Positions 1 to 10,951 of a DNA stretch of 64,000 bases are shown one piece after another. A program made the position numbers and the translations under genes. This DNA comes from Pseudomonadota bacterium (GTDB lineage Bacteria > Pseudomonadota > Gammaproteobacteria > Burkholderiales > Sulfuriferulaceae). Positions within the stretch are counted from its first letter, which is position 1. Every line of letters begins with the position of its first letter. The notes under the pieces were generated by a model. That model saw only the letters and a program-made list of their open reading frames with translations. It ran no database searches and was not told the DNA's origin. Where the stretch lies: assembly GCA_021790515.1 (NCBI GenBank), contig JAJYHV010000065.1, positions 13,981 through 77,980 of the forward strand. Reading direction: 5' to 3'.

Positions 1-180
1 GGAACGAGAATGGTGCACGGTTGCCTGTGTATCCCGAACCAGGATATTCATGCGCTTGGCCCCTCTGATCGGATGATCGGTATAAATCACCTCGCCGGAA
101 GCGCTCACATACTTGTAAATGTCTGCTCGCGCCTGTGCTGTCCAGACACACAACAACAAAGCAAGCCACCCGATTTTCAT
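1..180 (-). CDS. Exported DUF4124-like protein, N-terminal part (runs off the window edge)
   Basis: Manual translation from ATG at 180: MKIGWLALLLCVWTAQARADIYKYVSASGEVIYTDHP...; signal peptide followed by a YKY-x4-G-x3-YTD-x-P motif typical of DUF4124. Confidence 0.6.
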   Translation of the reverse strand, partial: MKIGWLALLLCVWTAQARADIYKYVSASGEVIYTDHPIRGAKRMNILVRDTQATVHHSRS

Positions 181-278
181 GCAGGAAAATCCCTTTGTCA
201 GCCAATAAGCGGGTAGTGTAAGACAGACCTTGCGTTCCCGCAATTCGCGAATGACGGACAACAAAAATGAGGGGCGAC

Positions 279-308
279 AAAAAAGGGGGCGCGAGCGCCC
301 CCTTTTTC
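279..308. terminator. Intrinsic terminator downstream of glnA (likely bidirectional)
   Basis: AAAAAA-GGGGGCG-cgag-CGCCCCC-TTTTT, about 15 nt after the glnA stop. Confidence 0.75.
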
Positions 309-322
309 TTGAACAGAAACGA

Positions 323-1732
323 TTACAGCGAATAGTACATTTCGAACTCGACCGGATGCGTGGTCATGCGCATGCGCGTGACTTCTTCCATTTTCAGTTC
401 GATATAGGCATCGATCATTTCGTTGCTGAACACGCCGCCACGAGTCAGGAATTCACGGTCCTTATCCAGTGCTTCCAGCGCCATGTCGAGCGAATGACAA
501 ACCTTCGGAATCTTGGCTTCTTCTTCCGGTGGCAGGTCATACAGGTTTTTATCAGCCGCATCCCCAGGATGAATCTTGTTCTGGATACCGTCCAGCCCTG
601 CCATCAACATGGCGGAAAAGGCCAGGTAAGGATTGGCGGTAGGATCAGGGAAACGCACTTCAATCCGGCGAGCCTTGTCATTGGGCACATACGGAATACG
701 AATTGACGCCGAGCGGTTACGGGCGGAATACGCCAGCATGACCGGAGCCTCAAAACCGGGAACCAGCCGTTTGTATGAGTTGGTGCCAGGGTTGGTGATG
801 GCATTCAATGCGCGAGCATGCTTGATGATGCCGCCGATGTAGTACAGGGCAAACTCTGACAACCCGGCATAACCATTGCCAGCAAACAGGTTCTTGCCGT
901 CTTTCCAGACGGATTGATGCACGTGCATGCCGGAACCGTTATCCCCAACAATGGGCTTGGGCATGAACGTGGCCGTTTTGCCATAGCTGTGCGCCACGTT
1001 CTGCACAACATACTTCAGGATTTGCGTCCAGTCAGCACGCTTGGTCAGCGTATTGAAACGGGTACCGATTTCACACTGACCGGCCGTAGCGACTTCGTGG
1101 TGATGCACTTCGACTTCAACACCCATCTCTTCCAGCGCCAGACACATCGCGGAACGAATATCCTGCAGGCTGTCAACCGGAGGAACGGGAAAATAGCCAC
1201 CCTTGACGCTGGGGCGATGGCCCATGTTTCCGCCTTCATAAACTTCACCCGAACTCCAGGCCGCTTCTTCAGAATTGACTTTGCACATACTGCCCGACAT
1301 GTCGACTTTCCAGTTCACGGAATCGAAGACAAAAAACTCTGGTTCCGGACCAAAATAAGCCGTATCGCCCAATCCGGTTGACTTCAGATAAGCTTCAGCG
1401 CGTTTGGCAATCGAGCGCGGATCGCGATCATAACCCTTCATGTCAGAGGGTTCGATGACATCGCAGGTCAAAATCAGGGTCGATTCGTCCCGAAACGGGT
1501 CAAGGCAGGCGCTATCAGGATCCGGCATCAGAATCATGTCCGATGCCTGAATACCTTTCCACCCAGCAATCGACGAACCGTCAAACGCATGTCCATCGAC
1601 AAATTTGCTTTCCGAAAATTGTGACACAGGCACGCTGACATGCTGCTCTTTGCCGCGGGTATCGGTAAAACGAAAATCCACAAATCTGACTTCATTATCC
1701 CGGATCATTTCTATTACTTTGGCCACAGCCAT
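323..1732 (-). CDS. glnA: Glutamine synthetase type I
   Basis: [30 protein letters not shown] and C-terminal [10 protein letters not shown] motifs; start trimmed to ATG 1732 (MAVAKV), which follows a GAGGAG RBS. Confidence 0.98.
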   Translation of the reverse strand: MAVAKVIEMIRDNEVRFVDFRFTDTRGKEQHVSVPVSQFSESKFVDGHAFDGSSIAGWKGIQASDMILMPDPDSACLDPFRDESTLILTCDVIEPSDMKGYDRDPRSIAKRAEAYLKSTGLGDTAYFGPEPEFFVFDSVNWKVDMSGSMCKVNSEEAAWSSGEVYEGGNMGHRPSVKGGYFPVPPVDSLQDIRSAMCLALEEMGVEVEVHHHEVATAGQCEIGTRFNTLTKRADWTQILKYVVQNVAHSYGKTATFMPKPIVGDNGSGMHVHQSVWKDGKNLFAGNGYAGLSEFALYYIGGIIKHARALNAITNPGTNSYKRLVPGFEAPVMLAYSARNRSASIRIPYVPNDKARRIEVRFPDPTANPYLAFSAMLMAGLDGIQNKIHPGDAADKNLYDLPPEEEAKIPKVCHSLDMALEALDKDREFLTRGGVFSNEMIDAYIELKMEEVTRMRMTTHPVEFEMYYSL

Positions 1733-1794
1733 TGAATTCTCCTCATGCGAAAAAATACAAAAACACCCCAAGCTCAAAAATGGCCTCCCAGACA

Positions 1795-1810
1795 AGCACG
1801 ATGCATGCCA
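1795..1810 (-). promoter_or_regulatory. Sigma54 (-24/-12) promoter of glnA
   Basis: Minus strand reads TGGCATGCATCGTGCT, i.e. GG-N10-GC. Confidence 0.75.
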
Positions 1811-1989
1811 TGACATACCGCGAGCCTGTTGCATTGAACAACGCGCTGCGCCTTGAGCTCTTGCCAAGACGGAATTATCCTTGTTTCGGTAATCAGATGC
1901 AAAATTTATTTGTGTTATATGACGTTTATTCCCGCGTAGCGCCCGGTACCAAAACAAACTGGAACAATTAATTTGCGCATACGCTTACG

Positions 1990-2037
1990 CGCACCAATTA
2001 TGCGCAACAATACCCTGTTGCGCACCAAATTGGTGCG
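1990..2037. promoter_or_regulatory. Pair of NtrC-binding enhancer sites
   Basis: CGCACCAATTATGCGCA (1990-2006) and CGCACCAAATTGGTGCG (2021-2037), 31 bp apart, matching TGCACCA-N3-TGGTGCA upstream of a sigma54 promoter. Confidence 0.75.
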
Positions 2038-2053
2038 TTTCTGCCGGTTAAAG

Positions 2054-2073
2054 CACCGGCCCGAAGGCCGGTG
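2054..2073. other. GC-rich hairpin of unknown role
   Basis: CACCGGCC-cgaa-GGCCGGTG followed by ACTTCTTT. Confidence 0.35.
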
Positions 2074-2331
2074 ACTTCTTTGCCAGGAGCAAGCCTGACA
2101 AGCTCCCAGGAAAGCCCATTCACGACGCCAATCCATGAGTGATATACTGCAAACCTGTCAACTCCACCACACGATTTTCCGGGCATTGTCTTTAAACATG
2201 CGCAAAAAAAATCCCATCTCCGCACTGACGCCAGGCATGCTCATTGATGAATCATGTGGCCACCGGATGGATTACCCGTTCTGGAACACCGGTTTTTTAC
2301 TGGAAATCGCATACCAGCGTCTGCGCAGATC

Positions 2332-3078
2332 ATGCTGAATACCGTGATGATTCTGGCTGCCGGACGAGGCGAGCGTATGCGCCCGTTGACGGACCATACG
2401 CCAAAACCCTTGCTTGCCGTACACGACAAACCCTTGATTGTCTGGCTGCTGGACAGTCTGGCACGCGCCGGATTTACCCGTGTGGTCATCAATCTGGCAC
2501 ATTTGGGCGAACAAATTGCAAGCCATCTCGGCAACGGCGCGGCATTTGGTCTTGACATTCTGTATTCGCACGAAAATCCGGCGCTGGAAACAGCGGGCGG
2601 AATAGCGCATGCATTGCCTTTATTGGGCGCCAAGCCTTTTCTGGTCATCAATGGCGACATCTGGACAAATTTCGATTTCAGCCGATTGCGGCAACGCGAC
2701 TGGCCGAAGGACGATCTGGCCTATCTGGTGCTGGTGGCAAATCCGCCGCACCACACACAAGGAGATTTTTGCCTAGAGACGCTTGCGTCCGGCGCGCGCG
2801 TGCACGACAATGGCGAACAGCGCTTTACCTTCAGCGGCATTGGCTGTTACCACCCGCAGTTGTTTGGACAACTGGATGACAACCTGCCTGCCCCTCTGGC
2901 GCCGTTGCTGCGGCAGGCCATGGCCGAAAACAAAGTAGGGGGTGAGTTTTTTTCTGGCTGCTGGCAAGATATCGGCACGCCGGAACGTCTGGCGCAACTG
3001 GATGAAAAGCTGCGCCAACAGGCAGCGCAACCCCGGAACGAATGCACACCAGCAACAGGGACAAGCAATGGATGTTGA
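2332..3078 (+). CDS. murU: MurU-like nucleotidyltransferase (MurNAc-alpha-1-P uridylyltransferase)
   Basis: MILAAGRGERMRPLTDHTPKPLL, LETAGGI, FLVINGDIW and W-x-DIGTPERL motifs. Confidence 0.85.
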   Translation: MLNTVMILAAGRGERMRPLTDHTPKPLLAVHDKPLIVWLLDSLARAGFTRVVINLAHLGEQIASHLGNGAAFGLDILYSHENPALETAGGIAHALPLLGAKPFLVINGDIWTNFDFSRLRQRDWPKDDLAYLVLVANPPHHTQGDFCLETLASGARVHDNGEQRFTFSGIGCYHPQLFGQLDDNLPAPLAPLLRQAMAENKVGGEFFSGCWQDIGTPERLAQLDEKLRQQAAQPRNECTPATGTSNGC

Positions 3079-3532
3079 ACAAGTATATCAGGCAGTCACC
3101 ATCGACGCCGACTGGCAACAAATGCTGCGCCGCGACTGGCTGGATTTGATGGACACGGCTGTGTTCGGCGACATCAAGTCTTCCCGTCTGGGCGCGATGA
3201 ACCGGGTGCGTCGGCGCGTACTGGAAACAGGTGAAAAACTGCATTCGCTGTTTGCCGACCGGCGCTGGATTCCGCATCCGCGCGAACAGCTGAAAAATGC
3301 GTTGGGGTCGGCTTACAGCCTGCGCGAAAGTTTGCAACAACTGCAAAAGACTGCTGCTGACGTCGATGGCGGCAACGACCTCGCCGTATTCTCTGCCCGG
3401 CTGCAACAACTGGAACAACAGTTGCTGACCGTGTTGCCAGAACAGGAAAACCGATGGGCTGAATTTCTGGATAGCCAGTATCAGGATGATGACGACGAAT
3501 CAGACAACGATGAGACAATTCATGCCGAATAA
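3068..3532 (+). CDS. Hypothetical protein, helical with acidic tail
   Basis: 154-aa ORF overlapping the murU stop and the pepP start; no family recognised. Confidence 0.75.
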   Translation: MDVEQVYQAVTIDADWQQMLRRDWLDLMDTAVFGDIKSSRLGAMNRVRRRVLETGEKLHSLFADRRWIPHPREQLKNALGSAYSLRESLQQLQKTAADVDGGNDLAVFSARLQQLEQQLLTVLPEQENRWAEFLDSQYQDDDDESDNDETIHAE

Positions 3533-4856
3533 CACCTTTGATGCCAGCCCGTTTGCGGCGCGCCGAACACAGTTACTGCAACGCATGGGGCAGGGGATCG
3601 CCATCATCACCACGGCGCCCGAACGGCTGCGTAATCAGGACAGTCACTATCCATATCGTTTCGACAGCCACTTTTATTACCTCACCGGCTTTACCGAACC
3701 GGAAGCCGTGCTGGTCTTGCAGGCCGAACCGGCGCGCGCCATCCTGTTCTGCCGGCCAAGACATCCCGAACGCGAAATCTGGGATGGCTTTCGTCATGGG
3801 CCGGAAATGGCGCAATCCCGATTTGGCTTTGATGCTGCTTACAGCATCGAAGAACTCGATCAGCGCCTGCCAGAACTGTTGGCCAATCAATCTGTCATGC
3901 ATTACGCCCTTGGCGCAGACATGACCTGGGATCGGCGCATCCTGCGCTGGCTGAATACCGTGCGCGAACAAACGCGTAGTGGTGTGCGTGCCCCGCACCG
4001 GATTCAGGACATCCGCGAACCCTTGTCCGCCATGCGCCGCATCAAAGATGAAACCGAACGCATGCTTATGCAGCACGCCGCCGACATCAGCTGCCGCGCC
4101 CACCGGCGCGCCATGCTTGCTGCTCGGCCTGGCCTGTCGGAATACGCCATCGAAGCAGAATTATTATATGAATTTCGCCGCCATGGCGCACAGGCGCCGG
4201 CATACACGTCCATCGTTGCCGGCGGCCTGAACGCCTGCACCCTGCATTACGTCGGCAATGCCGCGCCGCTCCGGGATGGTGACCTGTTATTGATTGATGC
4301 CGGTTGCGAATTCGACGGCTACGCTGCCGACATCACTCGCACCTTTCCCGTCAATGGCCTGTTTTCTGCGCCACAGCGCGATGTCTACGCCTGTGTACTG
4401 GCCGCGCAAGCCGCTGCTCTGGACCGTGTGCGGCCTGGCGCCGGCTGGAACGAGCCACACGATGCGGCGGTACGCGTGCTGGCGCAAGGCATGCTTGATT
4501 GGGGTTTGCTCAAAGGTTCATTGGATGGCGTCATCGAATCTGGTGACTATAAACAATTTTACATGCACAGAACCGGACACTGGTTAGGACTTGACGTGCA
4601 CGATGTGGGTGCTTACAAACAGGATAATGGCGATTGGTGCAGCCTGGAAGCAGGCATGACGCTGACAGTGGAACCCGGCTGCTATATCCGGCCGGATGAC
4701 AACATTCCAACCGCTTTTCACGGTATCGGCATTCGCATTGAAGATGATGTCTGTGTTACGGCCAACGGCCTCGACATTCTGACGGCTGCCGCACCAAAAT
4801 CCATCGATGACATCGAAAACCTGATGAGAGAACAGCAACATGCCTTCGCACAGTGA
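3522..4856 (+). CDS. pepP: Xaa-Pro aminopeptidase
   Basis: LLIDAGCE, YAADITRTFP, HRTGHWLGLDVHDVG, TVEPG and GIRIEDD metal ligands. Confidence 0.96.
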   Translation: MPNNTFDASPFAARRTQLLQRMGQGIAIITTAPERLRNQDSHYPYRFDSHFYYLTGFTEPEAVLVLQAEPARAILFCRPRHPEREIWDGFRHGPEMAQSRFGFDAAYSIEELDQRLPELLANQSVMHYALGADMTWDRRILRWLNTVREQTRSGVRAPHRIQDIREPLSAMRRIKDETERMLMQHAADISCRAHRRAMLAARPGLSEYAIEAELLYEFRRHGAQAPAYTSIVAGGLNACTLHYVGNAAPLRDGDLLLIDAGCEFDGYAADITRTFPVNGLFSAPQRDVYACVLAAQAAALDRVRPGAGWNEPHDAAVRVLAQGMLDWGLLKGSLDGVIESGDYKQFYMHRTGHWLGLDVHDVGAYKQDNGDWCSLEAGMTLTVEPGCYIRPDDNIPTAFHGIGIRIEDDVCVTANGLDILTAAAPKSIDDIENLMREQQHAFAQ

Positions 4857-6003
4857 TATCGTCGTCGCCGGTGGCGGGCCAGTCGGCGCCGCCTTTGCGC
4901 TCGCCGTGGCCGACAGCCGCTTTTCGGTCACCTTGCTGGAAGCCCGCCAACAGGCCAAATCGCCGATCAGCCAGCGCACGCTGGCACTTTCCTACGGCAC
5001 ACGGCTGATTCTGGAGCGACTGAACGTCTGGCAAACGCTGCAACAGATCACTCCCATCCGCGACATCCACATCTCACAGCGGGGCACGATTGGCGTTACC
5101 CGCCTGCATGCAAGCGAAGAAAATGTGCCCGAATTGGGTTATGTCGTCGAATACCGTGCGCTGGATGCCGCCTTGCAAACAGCCTTGGCCGACAGCAATA
5201 TCGCTGTGCATTATGGCACCAGCGTCTCTGCTTCTGGCGGTAACCGTCATCTGGCCTGGCTCAACTGGCAAACAAAAGCCGCCAGCGGCATGCTGACCTC
5301 GCGACTGGCCGTCATTGCCGACGGCGGCAATCAGACAGAGCCTGCCAGCCAGAAACAACAAAAACAATATGACCAGCACGCCCTGCTGGCCTGGATTAGT
5401 AGTGAGCGCCCACACATGAATGAAGCCTTCGAACGCTTCACGCCAGACGGCCCGATGGCGCTATTGCCGCACGGCGAAGGTTTTGCGCTGGTGCTGACCG
5501 CGGCGCCAGACAAAATCCGGCACTGGATTTCGCTGGACGAGAATGCGTTTCTGACTGCGTTGCATGTCCATTTCGGCGACCGGGTAGGGCGCTTTCTCAC
5601 GGTGCGCGACCGGTCGAGTTTTCCTTTGCGGTACAGTCTGACGCAACACAGTGCAAAAGATCACCGGATATTCATCGGCAATGCCGCTCATGTCATGCAC
5701 CCGGTCGCCGGACAAGGCTTCAACCTCGGGTTGCGCGACGCGTGGGAGCTGGCGAATCAAATACACGCTTGTTCGCACCGTCATGAACTGGGCTCAACCG
5801 ACATGCTCGCCCGTTATCAGCGGGCACGCCGGCTGGATGTCAGCGCCAGCATGCTGTTCACCGATCAACTGGTTTACTGGTTTACCCTCGCCGACCCGGT
5901 GCTGCGTCACGCTCGCGGTCTGGGACTCGCCACACTGCAACAATGGCCGCCACTCAAACATTTCGTGGCCCGACGCATGATGTTTGGAGCGCAGGCATGG
6001 TAA
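4840..6003 (+). CDS. ubiH: UbiH-family FAD-dependent hydroxylase
   Basis: GGGPVG, AFERFTPDGPMALLP, GNAAHVMHPVAGQGFNLGLRD; follows pepP. Confidence 0.85.
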   Translation: MPSHSDIVVAGGGPVGAAFALAVADSRFSVTLLEARQQAKSPISQRTLALSYGTRLILERLNVWQTLQQITPIRDIHISQRGTIGVTRLHASEENVPELGYVVEYRALDAALQTALADSNIAVHYGTSVSASGGNRHLAWLNWQTKAASGMLTSRLAVIADGGNQTEPASQKQQKQYDQHALLAWISSERPHMNEAFERFTPDGPMALLPHGEGFALVLTAAPDKIRHWISLDENAFLTALHVHFGDRVGRFLTVRDRSSFPLRYSLTQHSAKDHRIFIGNAAHVMHPVAGQGFNLGLRDAWELANQIHACSHRHELGSTDMLARYQRARRLDVSASMLFTDQLVYWFTLADPVLRHARGLGLATLQQWPPLKHFVARRMMFGAQAW

Positions 6004-7160
6004 CCCGTCATTTCGACATCATGATTGTCGGCGCAGGCATCGTGGGCGCCGCGCTGGCCGCCACCTTGCGCCACAGCGGACTGAATCTTGCTCTGATTGA
6101 TCCCCGTCCGCCCCACGAACCGACTGTCGACTGGGACACACGTATTTACGCCATCAGTCCGGGCAGCGTTGCCCTGTTACAACACGTCAACGCCTGGCAA
6201 CGCATCGATTCCTCCCGTCTGACCCCGGTACACGCCATGCAGGTGCACGGTGACAGGAACGCCCGTCTCGTACTGGACGCCATTCAGTCCGGCGTACCGC
6301 AACTGGCATGGATTGCCGAAGCCGGACAGATCCAGCACGCTTTGTGGCAAACCCTCGTCGAACAACCCAACCTCACGATATTCTGTCCCGGACAGGGACG
6401 CAGTCTGCACTGGTCGGCGCAACAGGCCCGGCTGGAGCTTGATGATGGCCAATGCCTGAGCGCTGATCTTGTCGTGGCTGCGGATGGGCGCGCTTCCTGG
6501 GTACGCGAACAGGCCGGCATCATCGCCCGCCGTGACGATTACCACCAGTCCGGGGTGGTCGCCAATTTTAGCTGCGAGCGCCCACATCGCCACATCGCCC
6601 GCCAGTGGTTTCGTGACGACGGCATCCTTGCCTGGCTGCCCCTGTCCGACCGGGCCATCTCGATGGTCTGGTCGACCCCTGCCGAACATGCCGGCCGCCT
6701 GCTAGCGTATACGCCGGAACAATTGGCACAACAGGTGGCAACAGCCGGACAACATGCGCTGGGGAAATTACAGGCATTGGGACAAGCCGCCGCATTTCCG
6801 CTAAGCCTTCTGCGTGTGAATCCCATTGTTCGACCAGGGTTGGCGCTGATTGGCGATGCCGCACACGGCGTGCACCCACTCTCCGGGCAGGGTGTCAATC
6901 TCGGACTCCGCGACGTGAGTGAACTTGCTGCTGTGCTGCTGGACAGACAGGCCGCCCGTTGCGGCGACCTGCCACTGCTCGAGCGTTACGCCCGCGCGCG
7001 CCGGGCGGACATTCTGACCACCCAATCCGTCACCGACGGGTTGTATCATCTGTTCCATCACCAGCACCCTTTGCTTACCCGGTTACGCAACATTGGACTA
7101 AACACCGTGGCGCGGCTGGATCCGGTCAAATCATGGCTGGTACAGCAATCGCTCATCTGA
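5997..7160 (+). CDS. UbiI/UbiF/VisC-family FAD-dependent hydroxylase
   Basis: VGAGIVG, QWFRDDGILAWLP, IGDAAHGVHPLSGQGVNLGLRD. Confidence 0.85.
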   Translation: MVTRHFDIMIVGAGIVGAALAATLRHSGLNLALIDPRPPHEPTVDWDTRIYAISPGSVALLQHVNAWQRIDSSRLTPVHAMQVHGDRNARLVLDAIQSGVPQLAWIAEAGQIQHALWQTLVEQPNLTIFCPGQGRSLHWSAQQARLELDDGQCLSADLVVAADGRASWVREQAGIIARRDDYHQSGVVANFSCERPHRHIARQWFRDDGILAWLPLSDRAISMVWSTPAEHAGRLLAYTPEQLAQQVATAGQHALGKLQALGQAAAFPLSLLRVNPIVRPGLALIGDAAHGVHPLSGQGVNLGLRDVSELAAVLLDRQAARCGDLPLLERYARARRADILTTQSVTDGLYHLFHHQHPLLTRLRNIGLNTVARLDPVKSWLVQQSLI

Positions 7161-7197
7161 TATCCGTCAAACACAAGTCAACCATACAGGACTTTTC

Positions 7198-7926
7198 ATG
7201 AACAAACACATTCAACAAACCCTTCTCGCCGGCCTCTTGATGTGCCTTTTTCCATTCGTGCACGCCGATGACGCCAGTATCCGTAAAAACCTGTCCAGCC
7301 GCTTTCCTGGCACACAAATTTCCAGTATCACCAAAACCCCGTATAGCGGTCTATATGAAGTCGTGGCGGACGGACAGATTGCCTACACCGATGAAAATGC
7401 CGATTACCTGTTTCTGGGCAACATAATAGACACAAAAACCCGAAAAAACCTGACGCAGGAACGATTGGTCAAGCTGAGCGCCGTCAATCCGGCTACTTTG
7501 CCACTGGAACATGCGCTCAAATTTGTCAAAGGCGATGGCAGCCGTAAATTGTATATTTTTTCCGATCCAGAATGCCCATTCTGCAAACGACTGGAACAAG
7601 AACTGACCAAAATCAACAATGTAACGCTCTACTTTTTCCCCTATCCGCTGGAAAGTCTGCACCCTGGCACCACCGGAGTCGCCAAGGCCATCTGGTGCAG
7701 TAAAGATCGCAACAAGGCATGGCAGAACGCCCTGCTAAAAAATGTTTTCCCTAAAAATGACGGTAAATGCGACAATCCGATTGACGATGATTTGGTGCTG
7801 GGACAAAAATTGCACATCACCGGTACACCGACGATCATCTTTTCCAATGGTGATCGCGTGCCCGGCGCCATGCCGGCCAGCCAATTGGAAGACAAACTTC
7901 TGACCATGGAAAAGAAAGGGCAATAA
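7198..7926 (+). CDS. dsbC: DsbC thiol:disulfide isomerase
   Basis: Signal peptide, FSDPECPFCK active site, ITGTPT cis-Pro loop. Confidence 0.9.
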   Translation: MNKHIQQTLLAGLLMCLFPFVHADDASIRKNLSSRFPGTQISSITKTPYSGLYEVVADGQIAYTDENADYLFLGNIIDTKTRKNLTQERLVKLSAVNPATLPLEHALKFVKGDGSRKLYIFSDPECPFCKRLEQELTKINNVTLYFFPYPLESLHPGTTGVAKAIWCSKDRNKAWQNALLKNVFPKNDGKCDNPIDDDLVLGQKLHITGTPTIIFSNGDRVPGAMPASQLEDKLLTMEKKGQ

Positions 7927-7929
7927 AGC

Positions 7930-8523
7930 ATGTGGGATCAGCGTTATGATGTCGAAGAATATGTCTACGGCACCGACCCTAACCAATTTCTGCGCGAACA
8001 CTTGTCATTCTTGACTCCCGGCATGCGGGTGCTCTCCGTCGCCGACGGTGAAGGCCGCAACGGGGTCTGGCTCGCGGAACAGGGCATGCAAGTGCTGTCC
8101 GTCGATGCTTCCTGCGTCGCGCAGACCAAAGCACGGAAACTGGCGGACGAGCGTCAGGTACAAATGGAATTTGAATGTGCCGATTTGTTGAACTGGCATT
8201 GGAAGCCCAACCAGTTTGACGCAGTTGCCGCCATCTTCATCCAGTTCGCGAATGCCGCAGAAAGAAAAAATCTGTTTGCCGGCTTGCACACGACGCTCAA
8301 GTCCGGAGGGATTCTGCTACTGCACGGCTACACGCCGCGCCAACTCGAATACCGTACCGGCGGCCCCGGTTCTGTTGAGCAACTCTACACCATCCCCATG
8401 CTCAGAGCGTTGCTTGACGGCTTCGACATTCTCGAACTGCGTGAACACGACAGTCATATCAGCGAGGGTACGTATCATCATGGCATGTCCGCCCTCGTTG
8501 ATGTCGTTGCGAAAAAATGTTGA
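7930..8523 (+). CDS. Class I SAM-dependent methyltransferase
   Basis: VLSVADGEGRNGVWLAEQG motif I; LKSGG motif. Confidence 0.85.
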   Translation: MWDQRYDVEEYVYGTDPNQFLREHLSFLTPGMRVLSVADGEGRNGVWLAEQGMQVLSVDASCVAQTKARKLADERQVQMEFECADLLNWHWKPNQFDAVAAIFIQFANAAERKNLFAGLHTTLKSGGILLLHGYTPRQLEYRTGGPGSVEQLYTIPMLRALLDGFDILELREHDSHISEGTYHHGMSALVDVVAKKC

Positions 8524-8545
8524 GCCAGAAGTTGAGCCAGTAGAA

Positions 8546-9334
8546 TCAGGTGATTAACAGTTGCAACGCTTTCCCAGGACTTTCTGCCCGCATAAAGGCT
8601 TCGCCGACAAGAAAGCCATATACGCCAGCGTCCATCATGCGCTGAACGTCGGCACGGGTATGGATGCCGCTCTCGGTGATGACAAGACGCTCGTCACCGA
8701 CCTGCGGCAGCAATTGCAGCGTCGTATCGAGGCTGGTTTCGAAGCTGCGCAGATTGCGATTGTTGATGCCGACAAGCGGAGAGCTGAGTTGCAGCGCCTG
8801 CTCTAGCTCGCTCGCGTTATGCGATTCAATGAGTACCGACATGCCCAATTCATGGGCAATTGCTTCAAACTCGCGCAGCGCCCCGCCATCAAGTGCTGCA
8901 ACAATCAATAAAATGCAATCGGCGCCCAATGCGCGGGCTTCATAAATCTGGTAAGGATCAATCACGAAATCCTTGCGCAGCACGGGTAATTCACACGCTT
9001 GTCGCGCACAAACCAAATCGCCATCACCACCCTGAAAATACTGTTTGTCCGTCAATACCGACAAGCATGCCGCACCATGCTGCGCGTAACTGCGCGCAAT
9101 CGCCGCCGGCTCGAAATTTTCCCGCAATAGCCCTTTGGATGGACTGGCGCGTTTGATTTCGGCAATCACAGCCGGTTGCTGAGCCGTCATACGCTGACGC
9201 AACGCTGCCGTAAAATCACGGGCAGGTGGCTGCATCCGTGCTTTTAACACCATCTCCGCAAGCGAAACTTCTCGCTTGCCTGCGGCAACTTCCTGTTGTT
9301 TGGTGGCCAGAATCGTGGCGAGAATGTCAGCCAT
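8546..9334 (-). CDS. trpC: Indole-3-glycerol phosphate synthase
   Basis: [34 protein letters not shown]. Confidence 0.96.
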   Translation of the reverse strand: MADILATILATKQQEVAAGKREVSLAEMVLKARMQPPARDFTAALRQRMTAQQPAVIAEIKRASPSKGLLRENFEPAAIARSYAQHGAACLSVLTDKQYFQGGDGDLVCARQACELPVLRKDFVIDPYQIYEARALGADCILLIVAALDGGALREFEAIAHELGMSVLIESHNASELEQALQLSSPLVGINNRNLRSFETSLDTTLQLLPQVGDERLVITESGIHTRADVQRMMDAGVYGFLVGEAFMRAESPGKALQLLIT

Positions 9335-10385
9335 GGTGACTACCATCTATCAGTTGTTGCAATTTTTCCCAGGCGCGTCCGGACTGTATTTCTTCCTGCG
9401 CGCGCGCAACGCCCTCGGCCAGCGTGGCAGCAAGCCCGGCCACATAAATGGCGGCACCGGCATTCAGCGCCACAATCTCGCTCGCCGCGCGAAAATCACC
9501 GCGCAAGGCAGCAGTAAACATCGCCTGGGCGGCAGCCAGATCCTCCACCTGCAACTCCGCCAGATCAGCACGCAGCAGCCCGAATTGCTCTGGACTGACC
9601 GTGTATTCGGTCACCACGCCATCCTTGAGTTCCGCCACCTGATTTTCGCCCGACAGACTCAATTCATCCAACCCTCCCGCCCCATGCACGACCAGCACCC
9701 GCTCGCTGCCCAGACGTTGCAGCGCCTGCGCCAGCCGTAATGGAAGATGTGGACTGTAAACGCCGATGACCTGATGTCGGGCTCCGGCCGGATTGGTCAA
9801 TGGTCCCAACAGGTTGAACAGGGTACGTACGCCAAGTTCCCGGCGCACCGGCGCAGCATGCTTCATGGCGCTGTGATGGTTCGGCGCGAACATGAAACCG
9901 ATGCCAATCTGCCGCACGCAACGGGCAACCTGTTCTGGCTGCAACTGAACATTCACCCCCATCGCTTCCAGCACGTCTGCGCTGCCGCACGTTGACGAAA
10001 CAGAGCGTCCGCCATGTTTGGCCACCCTGACGCCCGCCGCTGCGGCAACAAATGCGGCAGCAGTAGAAATGTTGAACGTATGTGCGCCATCTCCTCCTGT
10101 GCCGCAGGTATCCACCAGATTCGGTATGTCTCCCAGCATCACCCGTGTTGACAAGGCGCGCATGACTTCGGCCGCCGCCGCAATTTCGGTGACACTTTCG
10201 CCTTTTGCACGCAACGCTGCCAGCACACCCGCAATCTGCGCCGGCGTCAACAGACCGGACATGATGGCGCGCATCAGAATCAGCATCTCTTCATACGGCA
10301 GATCCTGGCCGTTCAGTAGTGTATTCAACCAGCGCGGATAAGCGGTAACATCCGGCTGCATCAAGGTTTCAATCATCACCGTCAT
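9327..10385 (-). CDS. trpD: Anthranilate phosphoribosyltransferase
   Basis: [33 protein letters not shown]. Confidence 0.96.
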   Translation of the reverse strand: MTVMIETLMQPDVTAYPRWLNTLLNGQDLPYEEMLILMRAIMSGLLTPAQIAGVLAALRAKGESVTEIAAAAEVMRALSTRVMLGDIPNLVDTCGTGGDGAHTFNISTAAAFVAAAAGVRVAKHGGRSVSSTCGSADVLEAMGVNVQLQPEQVARCVRQIGIGFMFAPNHHSAMKHAAPVRRELGVRTLFNLLGPLTNPAGARHQVIGVYSPHLPLRLAQALQRLGSERVLVVHGAGGLDELSLSGENQVAELKDGVVTEYTVSPEQFGLLRADLAELQVEDLAAAQAMFTAALRGDFRAASEIVALNAGAAIYVAGLAATLAEGVARAQEEIQSGRAWEKLQQLIDGSHHG

Positions 10386-10951
10386 GCTTTCATCGCCAAA
10401 AAATTAGCCAGCATGTCATGACCGTATTCAGTCAGAATCGATTCCGGATGAAACTGTACGCCCTCCACCGGCAGGGTTTTGTGCCGCACGCCCATGATTT
10501 CGCCATCTTCAGTCCACGCGGTCATTTCCAGACAATCCGGCAAGGTTTCGCGCTCGATGACCAACGAGTGATAACGTGTCGCCCGTAACGGGTTAGGCAA
10601 ACCTTTGAAGACACCAACGTCCAGATGATGAATCATCGAGGTTTTGCCGTGCATCAATACCTTGGCGCGCACGATACGACCACCAAATGCCTGTCCGATA
10701 CTTTGGTGGCCAAGGCACACCCCCAACAAGGGAACGTGGCCCGCCACAGCCTGAATCAGCGGCACGGAAATGCCTGCTTCATTCGGAGTACAGGGCCCCG
10801 GCGAAATCACCACCCGATCCGGTTGGCGGGCCAACACGGCTTCAAGGCTTATCTCATCATTACGGTACACTTCCACCGTTTCACCCAGTTCACCAAAATA
10901 CTGCACCAGGTTATAGGTAAAAGAATCATAATTATCCAGCATCAACAACAT
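10382..10951 (-). CDS. trpG: Anthranilate synthase component II (glutamine amidotransferase)
   Basis: [38 protein letters not shown]; adjacent to trpDC. Confidence 0.93.
   Translation of the reverse strand: MLLMLDNYDSFTYNLVQYFGELGETVEVYRNDEISLEAVLARQPDRVVISPGPCTPNEAGISVPLIQAVAGHVPLLGVCLGHQSIGQAFGGRIVRAKVLMHGKTSMIHHLDVGVFKGLPNPLRATRYHSLVIERETLPDCLEMTAWTEDGEIMGVRHKTLPVEGVQFHPESILTEYGHDMLANFLAMKA

Noticed and set aside
1733-1957. N-terminal extension of glnA in the ORF track
   Set aside because: It covers the sigma54 promoter; the RBS and homology point to a start at 1732. The same applies to over-long starts given for murU, regB, gcvT, gluQ, the SPOR gene, priA and PAP2.
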